Origin: Chlorokybus atmophyticus
Lineage: Eukaryota; Plantae; Mesostigma and Chlorokybus algae
Assembly (NCBI GenBank): GCA_009103225.1
Contig: RHPI01001116.1
Span: 515,267-579,266 of the forward strand
Length of the DNA: 64,000 nt
Direction: 5' to 3'
Below, piece after piece: positions 39,671 through 52,690 of the stretch. Every line of letters begins with the position of its first letter. Position 1 is the first letter of the stretch. The translations under genes and the position numbers were made by a program. The notes under the pieces are model-generated. The model did not search any database, had not been told where the DNA came from, and saw only the letters and a program-made list of their open reading frames with translations.

Positions 39671-40127
39671 GTTTGTTCGGTTAAGCTGCCTATACCTATG
39701 TTCATACCCAGCCCTACCTTCAGCCTGCATGGTGCATTGCAGGCTGCAATGTACCCTGTAATAACTATAGAGAGTCATTGAAGTTTCTCAGTGACTCCAA
39801 CTCCAAATAACTCCATTATTACAGTCAGGTTTAAAGCTCTTAGCTTCCATGCAAGTTAGTGCCCAGGCAAGGTTTTTGAAGCAGCTTACAAGTGCATGCA
39901 TGACAGAACCATGAGTAGATTGCATCATTGTGCTGCTCAGCCTGGGCATGAAGAGCGCCGTAGAAATGCGGCCGAGTCATCGCAACATAAGTGTCGCCAA
40001 TGCGTGGACAGCCAGCAAGGCAGGCACACAGCTATCATCCTCAAGCACAAGGTCACCCTTTGCAAGGTAACTTGCCATATGACTATCCAAATGTATGCAA
40101 GAGAAAAAACAAACATTGTTTGAACAG

Positions 40128-43100
40128 AATTGAAGTGTACATCTGTACCCCAAACCTCAGCTTCTAGTGGCAGAGACTCGGACCGACCGTGCCGGGCACG
40201 TGTTGCTGCTGACAATGCTGTTTAAAATTAATTGCAAGGTGCAACTTTGTCCACCTCCAATCGCATGCATGATGGCATGATGTTCACAAGCGTTCGCTTG
40301 GCATGACATGCGGACAGCGCTATCTGTCACCAAAATTATCTTGTGCTTCAATTGCAAGAGGCTACCAATATGATATCAAGGTGCTGGACGGTCATATAAT
40401 GGAGCTTAGGCTCAAAAACAAGAGAGCAAGCGCCAACAAGGTGAGCACTGTTGCAGTATTTCTTCATGATGTCTTTCCCCATTGCAAGGAAGCCAATATG
40501 TGTAGAACGCACGTTTTGTGAGCTCAGGCTCTGAGCGTTGTGCTCGGTGAGAAGCTTGAGCACGCAATTGCATATAATGGAAGAGGCATCGCATTTTCCG
40601 CAAAGCATTTGCCTATTAATCAGTTCATTCTAGATGAATCGCAAGTTAAAGGGCGCAGTCATCCAGTCGAGGTGAGCAACACCATCATGCTCATGCAGTC
40701 AACAAAACGTTCAGATTGCATTTATGGTCTTCACATGCAGTGTACGACCCAACCTATGAGCAACATGTGCAGGTCATTTTGACTCTCTCGGAATAAATAG
40801 CTTTCCCACCTGCAAGTCAGCAGTGTCCCCCAAAGCAGCTTGACCGCACTCGACATGTTTCTTCCGCATGCTTTGCTACGAAAGATTACATTAACCGCGG
40901 CCGCGCAATTATTACAAAGGCTGCTGCTGACAACCAGGCACTCAATCTTGGAGGCGATTTGCGCTTGCTGCGCGGGTATGGCATTGGGCCGCATGATGCG
41001 TGCTGGCATGTTCTTGAGTGGTAAGGCACTAATTTTGTGTGTCGCATGTGCAGGCACAGGCAGGGTGTTACTCTTATTGAAGATGGCTTAGCGCTTACAT
41101 TGTTGACTTCTCAGTGCTTGCAATTCATGACACGCTCTTGCTCGCCTTCCACAACATACTCGACAATTATGTACATCAGTGATTGGGAAGACATGTTACA
41201 GGAAACACGGAGGAAATGAGCGTTGACACCATCTCGACCCTTGAATGGTACGCTGGCTCACCCACTTCCACATTCTCCTTGTCTATGATCCTTAAGGATG
41301 CTGTTCAAGAGCGCACTGCGGCATCAAGAACTTGGGCCAGCGCTATTGTTTTGCACGAGTTTGCTTTGCACTGCCAACAGGCTATGAGCGGCAAGTACTG
41401 ATTGCCCAAGTGCATGTAGAGACCTGAAGAACATTGAGGTTGAGACAACCCACATGCCCGCGGGCAAGCAAAGAAGGCCAATCAATGCCATCTCACTGCA
41501 ACAAATAGTGTGAATATGGGCTACTTGTAGTACACATAAAGTGTCATGCGTTGCAAGCCGCTCTGCTTAGTACAGCATGCGCCATTATGTCACAATGTCC
41601 AAGCTCAACGACAGGGGAGCATAGTTGCCGTCCATCCCGGTGGGGAAGAGGAGCTACATGCGTTTGTGTAGAAGAATACAAAGCATGCGTGAAGGTGGCT
41701 ATAGCCAAGTGACAGAGTTCTATTGGCTTTCTACTTCGTAGCAGGTTTACTGTTAAGAAATCAATTAGGCGGTCAGCAAGCCAGCTCAATTGTTGGATGA
41801 AAAGCAGTTTAGATATGACTGTAGCGCTGTACTTCGAGCAGTACAAATGTAGTGCGTTGACCTTCCCACACTTCCCTTGCCTAGAAGTCTTTCACAGGTA
41901 GATGATGTTGCGCTTCGCATGCAACGACATGTTACAGACTCTTGGTTACTAGTTGGTCTTTACAAACCAGAGATACCTCAAGTGACAAGCCCAACACGAA
42001 GCTACCAAATGCTGCCTAAGAGGGACAACTCGGTGCCTCCAGCACGCAGAGCTTGTCACAAGAGAAAGTGAAACCACTAGTACTTATGAGCTGCAACTCT
42101 TTTTGTCTACAGAATGCACGCATATGCATGTGCCACTTGCAGTTATTGCGCCAGCTGTCGGTGCTGGCCACTTACATTGATGACATTCGCAGTGTGCAGA
42201 GTAAACCTTCTTGGTTCGCAATTGAGCTTCTGCGCATTATTGGTAATCAACCTGTAAATAAGGGAAGATCCTTGGATTCTGATCAAGCCATCAGCATGAT
42301 CAACCAGACCGTCGTCCCTTCAGTTGTAAGACGGTCATGGCATGTTGTCTGGCGGATACTGTGACGTGTAACCATCAGGTTGAGTGCTCATGCAACAGCT
42401 GGTGGTCGTCATTGATAGACTTGCTAAAGCTGCAGGTTCATATTAGATACAACGAGGATATGGTCCCTTAGGTGCATATAGATTTCAAGACTACATTGAC
42501 CATATCAATGACGAGGGTGTCTTCATATAAGTGCCAGGTGGCCCTCTACTTAGCTCACCTCTACTTGATTATTTTTAATAGCAGTAGTTGTGCATGATGA
42601 CAGTGTCTATTTAAGCCCATGTAGAGTGTGACTATACGGTCGGACACAGCACGTGAAGTGAATTTGGTGTACGGATCGCCTAGACAAGTTATGGGCACGA
42701 GGCCAGTAACCGACAAGTAATATGATGCCCATTGCTTCGCCGAAGACGTGCACAATGGACATCAGCTAATTCTGTGTTGCAACTGCAAGAGACGTGAGCT
42801 TTAACAACTGCTGTTGCCCCCAACCAATGGGCAATCCTATGCCATGATAGCGATGTTGACTACAACATCATGCTCACAGCTATAAGCGCATTTTTATGGC
42901 CAGCTATCACAACGCTGGCATGCCTGTTAGATCCTCTCACCAACAACCGTGGAGGGTACACTCCACAATTGCATGTACTACAATAGTAGTTGCATGGAGT
43001 TGTTGTGCTCCAAGCTTGCACTGCCCTTAACAGATGCGACATTCGTGCGTGACCTAGTAGAATGCTTGAGCGAGGTTAGCAAGGAGTCAACTTTTGGGCA

Positions 43101-45095
43101 TGTGCTGTTGCTAGTACTGCTCAACATTCCTGGCAGCAACAAGGACAACCCAATTAGGTGAGTATGCATGCGATGATGTAGCCTAAATGGAATATAGCTC
43201 CTCACCATGACACATGACGGTGCACATTTCATGAGATGGCAACCACGCGATTGCTTGCAGGGCGGAGTCGGAAATCGTCGCAGATGTTGGCATTGCTGTA
43301 AATGAGGGCCAAACTTCGACCCATGGCTTGAAGCCATGCACTACTAGTGACTCACATCTTGATCCACTATAAAGAAATGCAACATCCCAAAGCAGCAAAC
43401 TTGCTCAACATCGTTTTCAAGGTAAGATACCGTTTACACGTTTATAAAAGCCCAGCGCACACTGCCATTGTTGTCTTGAGGGAGTTACACAAGCAGGGCC
43501 GATATGTGTCTCTACATCTGCAGCTCAATGCAAAGCTGGGCGGCACCAACTGTAAACCATTGTTTGACACGACTAGCACTGTGGGTGGGCATGTTGTGCG
43601 CACCTCTACGCGGTGAATGTGGTCTAAAGTACAGAAAAAGCCAAGCATACTGGACAAGCCTACGCTTGTGCTGCGTGTTGCTGTGGGTGGACATACATGC
43701 ATGCAGGGCAATGTCAGCGTCCCTTCTGTTGCCGCTTTGGTTGCAGGGGTTAACCGCTATGGTATGAAAACTCGATGATGTCCTCCTAGTTGCAAGCAAT
43801 TGCACTTGCAGGACTAGTTTTAGTTGCACTGATTGGACTCCACTGTTACAGGATTCTACTACGTAGCCTCGTGGCGTTTGAACACGCATAAATTAAGACC
43901 CAAAAGTCAAGCAACACCCCCTGAGAGAGTTACTGAGCGCATTGACGAAATGGTTGAATGAGTTCTGCTTTAGTACTACAAAATTTTAAACTGCGTACCT
44001 CGATGGCTGCTGATTCATTTACAGATGCAGGGCTTCTTTGCAACACCCTGCGTCATGTTGCCACCTACATGACAACATTTCAGCATTGTCCGCTTGTTGG
44101 TGGTTAATACGTGACACGCCAGAGTCATCATACCTGGCGCATGTTGATGATGGGTATGCTGCAGGCATGGCCTTTCTGAAGGAGAATTTGGTTAAACTAC
44201 AAATGGCCACGTATGAAGCGGGCGCGTGCGAACTTCACTGACACCATCAAGAACGAAGCCGCAGGTAATTTGTAAGCTCAGGAAGCTACAGTTGGATGCA
44301 TTTGTACAGAGAATTCTTTAGGCTTTCGCAAACTCAATCCAAAGCCATAAATCCTATGTGCGGCATTGTGTTTTCTCTGCAAATCCTATGGATTGGGTTG
44401 CTTACGCAGCATTCAACTTGATCACTCACTCACTCACTCTTGCCTTACCCTGTCTATGACACTGATCCACTTTGCTACTGATTGAAAATTGCAGAAGGGC
44501 CACAACACGCGCCTGTTCCAGGGCAATAGCAATGTAGCCCCCGGCATTGTAGTGGACAAAGGCATTGTGCGCATGTTGCGCAAGGAGTTCTATCTCAACA
44601 GCCACCTGCGAGTTTAAGAAACCCATCGTATAGCAAAATATGTGGTGCTGAATGAGGATATTGGCCTTGCTTATAAGTAGCTGGAAACAATTACCAACGT
44701 GCTATGCCAGACCGGTGCAAGGTGCCCGCAAAGCCTTTCAATATGCGCGGTAAGCACCTCAACTCAAGCACTTTCCTGCATGCTACTGTTCTTGCAGATC
44801 AGTCATGAAAGTAAAGCTCCCTCACTGCAGCCTGCTTACCACGCCAAGCTGGTAGCCACTCGATCACGATACTCGACCAATGACCTCATACCATATCCAG
44901 CACATCAACATCTACGTCACAAGGCGGTGCAAAATCCTACGAAGTGCAAGAGGAAGTAGACAATCCTGGTCATCATCCCAAGATGGGCAGTGAAGCACCC
45001 AACGACACAGCACAACCTGTACCGCAATCGCAGCCGCCGCAGATGGACATTGCACAAGTCCATCCAGATTTGTTGAACAATATGTATCTGAAAAT
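40128..45095 (+). pseudogene. AGO: Argonaute pseudogene (N, L1, PAZ, MID, PIWI all recognisable; many stops and frameshifts)
   Basis: YQYDIKV; IAYNGRGIAFSAKHLP; VPQSSLTALDMFL; LNLGGDLRLLRGY; PAZ RDLKNIEVETTH and TVALYFEQY...FPHFPCLEV; NLLNIVFK|LNAKLGGTN; KPTLVLRVAVG..PSVAALV; RHGLSEGEF; QKGHNTRLF..NVAPGIVVD..EFYLNSH; PAYHAKLVATRSRY; VHPDLLNNMYL. Confidence 0.93.
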
Positions 45096-46462
45096 GCACT
45101 TGAACCAGGCCTGTGCTGGGGTGTGTCCATGGTTGGAGAACCCGCCCACAGCTGAACGCTGGCAGGGTGAAGCACATAGTGCTCACGCTTGTTGTTGCGC
45201 AGAGTGTGCGCAAAGGGGCATGCGCTTTCATTGAGAGGAGGCGCATTGCAACAACGCGTTACGACTGCATGCACACCTTTTTTGTGTCTCGTAACTGCAT
45301 GCATTCATGTATGTATATAAGCTGTTGTACATAATACGAGTCGGTTTGTCTACGAGTGCTTGCGCGAATGGAGCAGTATGACTTGAAAAGATGTGGTGGG
45401 GTGTTGGCTTGAGCCCTTTGCTGAAGCATGATGCGGCTGGAGCATATTTGTCGTCAGAGTCTGTGTTATAAAGTGTTCATTTTAGACGCACAGACTCGTC
45501 AACTCTTCCGCTTTTCGTCCAGAACAGCACTACAATAGAGTTGCCCTGGTGTCATGCTTGTGGTTTAGCAGTCCGAGGAGTCCTTTGAAGCACCATTGGC
45601 ATGCGTCGCATGCCATGCTGCACATGTGTGGCACACAATATCTCGCCATGATGGCAATACAAAGCAATCATATTACACACTGAGGCCGCGGGGGTATGAT
45701 GAGACATGACGAGGATGGCCGAGCCTGGATGTTGGCATTGTATACATTACACAGTCAGATCTTGCGAGTATGACGAGGCTTGACGAGGACGGCACATATC
45801 TGATAATAATGGCAGTACATACATGCATATACTATGTCCAACCAGATCTTGCAAACATGACGAGGCATGACGATGACACAATGCTGAGGCCTCGTTTGTA
45901 TTATGCTGGCCAGCACAAGTGGGTTGATTACTAGTCAACCCGTGTTGCCTGCCTTGTTGCCAGCATGATGCACGAGCACAACGGTTGAGATAATACTGTT
46001 CACAACACGCGCTGCTCGCTGATACATACCTCCGCTGCGCAGATTATGCGTGCGATTACTGGGCTTGCGCAGTGACAGCAGCGTCCGCCTCACCATGATC
46101 AGACTAGCACACATGCAAGAACTGCAATGTAAATACGGACACGTTGCTTTGAGACAAGAAGCAACGACACTTCCAGCCTGCCTGCCGTAGTCACTAGAGT
46201 CAGAGTTCTTTGCACAAGTTGTACCCCCNNNNNNNNNNNNNNNNNNNNNNNNNNNNNNNNNNNNNNNNNNNNNNNNNNNNNNNNNNNNNNNNNNNNNNNN
46301 NNNNNNNNNNNNNNNNNNNNNNNNNNNNNNNNNNNNNNNNNNNNNNNNNNNNNNNNNNNNNNNNNNNNNNNNNNNNNNNNNNNNNNNNNNNNNNNNNNNN
46401 NNNNNNNNNNNNNNNNNNNNNNNNNNNNNNNNNNNNNNNNNNNNNNNNNNNNNNNNNNNNNN

Positions 46463-46551
<89 letters not shown>

Positions 46552-49049
46552 GTGCGCGAGCGTGGCCTTAAAATGCATTCTTATCCATTCTGATGACTTG
46601 TGCCTGGAAGTGCACAAGTTGGAGGCGCTTCACGTCGCCTTTGAGTGCAATTGCCATGTCAACATGGTGTAACTGCTTGTCATCGTCACGCACTGCATGC
46701 CTGCCAAGTGACGGCAATCGGTGACCAAGCCAGTCTACCGCTAGTTCAGGCATCATTCCAATCATAGGGAAGAACAGCAAGGTAAGCGCTGAAAACTATT
46801 GTGCTTTTTCATGTACTCCAGTAGTCATTGCTACTCTTGGCAAAACCCAGCAGTAAGCAGAATGTTGTCAAAGGGGGTTAAGTGAGTGCGTGTACGAGCA
46901 TCCTGCTCAAACTGCACGGTCATTTGCTGCCTGCAGTGTTGGCAATGCTGCTGCGCCTCCACACCCGCGTCTCATAATAGGCCCACTTTAGTTCACATTT
47001 TACCAACTGTGCCCACACATATGACACTTAATCTAGCTACCTTTGGGTAGTGCAAAGTACATGAAGCGTCCAGCATCTCTCTTCATGCCGCCAGGTACAA
47101 CTGTTGGGCATAGCATGGCATGTACATGACGTGCTTTTGCATTGACAACCTGTTGCAATGTCAATGTTAAACTGGCTTTGCTGGACGTCTACAAGAGCCA
47201 TCTGCTGCACAACCGAAGACTTCTCTTATGTATTAACAGCTAATCTGCCTGTCAGGTAAGCTGCACTGCACAGAGTGGTTGCTGCATACTCACTACTGTT
47301 GCGAGCATGTGTGCAAGGCAGCGTTACATTCACTGTAATACTGCGACACCATATAACGACGGTGGGCGACTGCGGTTGATGCGCATGCGTAACACGTCTG
47401 GCTCTCTGTTGGTGGTGGTAGTGTGGGTCGAGTCACGGTCTACGTGACAGCGTGTTATGTGAGTCTCCATATCAGGTGGCATACTGTTAAAATCTGCGGT
47501 TTGGCTTGGCGGTAGTGATCTTGACTGAAGCTCACGTCAAGACCATGGTGGCCACTTCTGCCGAAGCTTGATTCAATCTTACCTGCAAGCGGCTCAGCAA
47601 GTTGCACTGAACCTGCATGTTGGCTTGCCCCTATTTACTTTTGCCCACATGCCGCATGAGGCCTCTGCTTGCTTGTGCTGTAGTTCAATAGTTCACAACG
47701 CCCCTGCTCGTGCGGAGGCTGAGGTGCAGCCTGCTGTGCTGGCATAAGAACCACCTAATGAGTATGTTAATGGTGTAGCAAATTGCGTCACTGGCTTGTC
47801 AGCTAGCTACAAAATTGCAATTCAACCTGCGATTACCAGAAACTGCACGGCTTTAACTAGAGAGGGGTCAAAGAGAGTAGCATATCGCGGTACAATAATA
47901 TACCATACTATCTCTGGTACACACCTATTCCCTCTTGCATCTTTTGTATTCATATACATATATATACCATTGTCCAAGAGCAGAGAAGGTCATTGCTACT
48001 ACTATTGGTGGTGCAGGTTGCAGGCTGGATGTGGCGCACATGTGCGCAGCATGTAATTGAAGCTTATTATTACAAGTGCAAGAATATTGTTGTGCATAGT
48101 ATATGAGCACATGCAGATGCATGCTGGAGCTCGGTGGTTGCGTATGCAGTTTGGGGGGGGAGGTGAATTATTTGCTACTTGATTGTAATGATGATTGCAT
48201 GTCCGGCGTATATGCACCGCACATTATATACTTGCAGCTACAGCAACCTAGCATGTAGAAGAATGCAATATAACGGGCATAATAGACTGTTGTGCTTTCA
48301 GAGCTCAAGGTCTCAACAGCACGCATACTCAGATTTTACGCGCGTAGGTAGCCATATAACTGTGTGTGTGCACACAGCTTGCATTTGTCTCATACCCTAT
48401 GCAACTATGCATGTACCTACTATACCGTGTCTCTTGCTCTGTTGCAACCATCTAAGTCATTGTAGCAAAAACGCTACGACGAGGGGAGGCGTCGAGGGTT
48501 TATGATGTTCATGAAGTACCGCGTGACATTCCTCCCAGCGTTAAACCGCGGCCTGAACCTGTCCGCGTCCCGTGTACGAAAGTTGCACCCACCAGGGCCC
48601 GTACCGGCACGGTTTCAAGGCTCAGCGCGCGCACGCCAATCAAAATGGCAAAAAGCATCAAGCAGTTGATGGTAGGCCCCACTTTGTTAGCCATGCAGTG
48701 CAGTGGCAAAAGTGCAATTGCAAAGTACATGGGGTGCAGTGGAGTATGCCCGTGTTGTCCGCATCGAGTGCAGATGGAGCCGCGACGCAGAGGGAGTGGC
48801 CGTGCCTGCCGTGCCTGCCTGCCTGCATGCGTGCGTGTATTGACACAAACCCCCAAGACCCCAAGAACAGCTGTTGTCGACGCGGCAGGAGCCGGGCGGA
48901 GGTGGCGGCGGGGATGTGGGCTAAGGAGGAGGGGGAGTTCGTGGAGTCTGCAGTTGTGGACCTTGGTGCAAGGATGGGCCGCCAACAACAGCCGTGCTAC
49001 AGGTGATCAAGTCGGCAATTGCATGCATGCATCAAACAGGGTGGGGTAG

Positions 49050-49860
49050 TTTGTTTGTTAGGCCGTAGTTAGGCCGTAGAGTTGCCCGATGGTTGCTGTG
49101 GTCGGCTTGAGGTATGTGATGTTGGTTTTATACTCAACTCATATCGATTACACGCAATACACAAGAAGGTCCGGGTTCTGTCCATGCCTAACACACACAG
49201 CAAGTAACCAAAATACAGGACGCAACTCAACGCCTACACGGGGCCCGTGGCGCCAGCAAGCACCGCATTCTCCTCCGCCGCTGGTGGCACCGTTTGCAGC
49301 GGCGCCCAGGCCGGTGCAGCCACCACGGCGGCCGCACCCCGCTCCAGCAGCCCCATCCCTTGCGCCCGCTGCAGGGCGCACGCCATGCGTTGGCGATACA
49401 GCGCCACGAACCCGCTCAGACGCCCCAGGGTGAGGCCACGCGTGTAGACCGCCTGTCGGGCGCACCTGGCAATGAGGGCGTGGAACGCCCCACCCAGCGT
49501 CTCCGCTGCCAAGGGTACGAACTCGTCGGCGGGTGGGTGGTCGGCGTACTTGCGCCGCTTTGCCTGTTCCGCCTCCTTCGCCGCCGCTCCTGGTCTAGCG
49601 CCCGGGGCGGTGATGGTCACGTCAAACAACCAAGGGTGATCACGGCCGGTCTTGGAAGCCACCAGGTTGATCCGACGGCCGTGTGTCTCTCCCTGCCCGA
49701 TCGGCCTGAAACCGGTCGAGGGGTATGTAGTGAGCAGGGGGAGCTCCCTGCTCACTACATGCCCCTCGTCACGCAGGATCATAAACACTTCATCGCGCAA
49801 CGCGTCATGCGCCGCCGTCCGCCCCCTCCCCATCGGGCAGCGCATGTGTTGAGTTGCCAT
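49050..49860 (-). mobile_element. Second 5'-truncated RLE-type non-LTR retrotransposon remnant
   Basis: ORF 49234-49860: HMRC.MG....AHDALRDEV (Zn-knuckle remnant), GRRINLV..WLFDVTIT, AEQAKRRKY, FVPLAAETLG, RQRMACALQRAQG. The 3' tail ends in CTACGGCCTAA x2 plus (CAAA)n. Confidence 0.78.
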
Positions 49861-50279
49861 GCATGCTACTGTTGAACATGATCAATGTGTGCAAGTCATT
49901 CGTTGCATGTCTAGATTAGTTTTGGAGAATTGTGTACACAAGCATACCACTCAGCTAATACCAGCATAGAGCGAATGTGAAGCATTTACGTGCATGGTCA
50001 ATGTGGAAACCCCGCATGCAAATGCAGCGGCACATGCTCATAAACAATCAATTGCTTTGCTGGGCAGCATGCCCTTGTTTATGCAAACCCACTGCAACAG
50101 CAGTTGGCCTTATAACAATATAAATTGCTTTCTGAATGAAATACAGCACACACTCTGTGAACTGATGTCTGCCTCCTTCCACTAACCTTGTGCACTCGCA
50201 TGTAGCTACAACTTCATACAAAATATTGTTGTACGTGCAACAAACGCTTGCCAGTGGCAAGCCGCAGTGGAGCTGTAAG

Positions 50280-52690
50280 TTACACCGTGCCGTCGAGAGT
50301 GGCTACAAGATGCCGTGCATGTCTCAGCACCGGGAAAAATTCAAATTTGCCGGCAAGCGCATTGCACTCGCGCAACACGTCGTCCAACTCAACGCACTTT
50401 GTGAGGAACACTCGCTTATGCGATAGCAGAATAGCCGCGATGAAGTACAAGTGGAAATCACGCGTGGCCGTCACCTGCAAAGCACACTCTGAAGGTTCAA
50501 CACCAAACATTGCCTTCCACGAAGCCAACACAAAACCCGACCAACATCCAACAACCTAAGCATGGGCGTTGGTATTGCATAAACCCACCTTGTTTTCTAT
50601 ACGGGGTAATGTGAAAGGTGTCCGTTCCGTAGCATTGCGTATGACCTTGCCGTCGTTGATGTCGACAGTGCGAGCCTCAGCCCACATGATCTCGTACAGC
50701 AGGAGTGTCTGCTCGAACGGCATCTCTCTTCTGAGGAGCACAACCACCATACGGTACGCAAACAGGCAGTTGCTTGCGCCAACAGTTTCAAAGTGCTTCC
50801 AAAGTGGCGGGTCAGCAAAGGCCAGAATCCTTCCTAGAATAGCAAGCTGGAAACATAAAGCCACATCTTAACACTACACGTTAGCGTCTTGACATCAAAG
50901 ATCGGCGCTGCTACAGCATGAGGCCTCTGGCTGCGCGTGTTCGACTTGTGACAAGACACAATGCTGTGACTCACCTGAGTGTGAATACCCTCTTGGTCTA
51001 TTCTGAAGTTGTTGCGCACGCCTTGCTGCATGAAGTGCTCAAAACACCAAAAGGCTTCAGCTGCATCCTTGAACACCGTCAGGAAGGGCGAAAGCAAGTC
51101 ACTCATTCCTTGACAGTAACCTGCAAAACATTACAACCACAATCATACTGTTCAGCTAAACTGCAACACTGGAGCATCCACCCAACACGAAACTTTGACA
51201 CTGCTGTTGCTGACTGATGGCTGATGCTGAAAGTGTCGCACCTATTTCAGTGTCGTGAGCAGCATAAGCTTCCAGTATGGACGCCAGATGCGCAGCGCGT
51301 TGACGTTGCCGATTGTTCATCCAATCCGTGCCAGCAAGCTTGCCGGATGCCAGGGCGATGCTCGTGGCAGCGCTCTCTTCCAAACCATCGTCATCAACAA
51401 GCTCCCAGGACACTTCTGCAGGGGCTTGTGGATCCGTACGCACCGCATCCAGCCAGATTATCCGCTGCGCTTCTCCAAAAGCGCTGACCTCGTCGCGGCC
51501 CGATGCAAGAGGCTTATGCTTGAGGCTGACTGCTCCTGCTCACAACACATCAGCTGGAAGTAAGCTCGGTGCGCACATATCAAACCTACGCTCTTACTCC
51601 AAGTTCAAGCATCTAACTATGATACAACCACCAAGCCAGTGTGTGTAATGTAGCTGACTTGCTGTGTCCAGCTTTGATAGCACTGATACCTGTTGCGTCT
51701 GTCGCGGGAGTTGCAACTGGCGAACCGACAGCAGTGTCGCGATTGTTGGCAGCAAACGACAGCTCCGCGCACCGCTCTCGCAATGACTCGTACTGCACAC
51801 GCCTGACTTGCCTGCTGGCCTTGCGATCCTCTGCGGACTGCGTGGGGCTGTCCACTCCTAGCAAAAACGGCCACACGGAGTCGCGTAAGCTCGGCTCCAC
51901 GCCGCCCTGGCGCACGCGCTCAAGCGCAGCCTCAAAACGCTGCGCACATCAATAGTAAGTACTCACAACGTATAAGTATTCGCAGTTTGAACCTAATATG
52001 TGAGCTGATGAAGTTCAGAGCAAATCTGAAGCAATCTTGCATGTAAAATGGGCCAATCAACACTCGCCTTAGGGTCTGCGCTGCCGCCTGGAGTGTCAAA
52101 CACCTCCCGCCACTCTGCTACAGACAAGGGAGGAGGCGTTGTGTTCTCCCAGGGCAGCGTCAGCTTGGGCCAGTTGCCCTTGTTCTGCACGTTTGTCAGA
52201 ATTGGCCGTTAGTCCCAATGTCTGCATGCTTGAGTGACTACGTCTGCTTTTATGCAGACACTCTGCACACCTTTCTTGATGTGACCTTTAGATGCACAAC
52301 ACATCATGTATGATGCAGATGTTGTAATGTAAATGATTTATTCTGACAAAATAACTGCATCCACGAGCTCGAGACGTTGCAAGGAAGTTGTATTGGAACG
52401 GTAACCATGAAAACACACTTGAACCGTGTGCACTTGAGTACAACCAACCAAAACCAGCCTTTGAGAGCAGCAAGCACGCTGGGCGCACAGAGCTACAAGT
52501 TAAGTTAAAGACATGTGCAGTGGTCTCTGATCACACAGAAAAGACCTAAGCTGCAGACGTATGCTTGCCAACTTACGCTGGCAAGGATGAGGGCGGCGCC
52601 CACTGCCGCACCCAAGCCGCCCAGCGCCACAGTGGCGACGCCGACGCCTATGACGAGCGCCGCTTTGTTCGAACTCTCCGACGGCGCCAT
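50280..52690 (-). CDS. TBC-domain Rab GTPase-activating protein (TBC1D15/Gyp7-like)
   Basis: PLSVAEWREVFD, GGVEPSLRDSVWPFLLG, R-finger IIWLDAVRTD, Q-finger GYCQGMSDLL, EAFWCF, CLFAYRMVVVLLRRE and FHLYFIAAIL. Confidence 0.92.
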
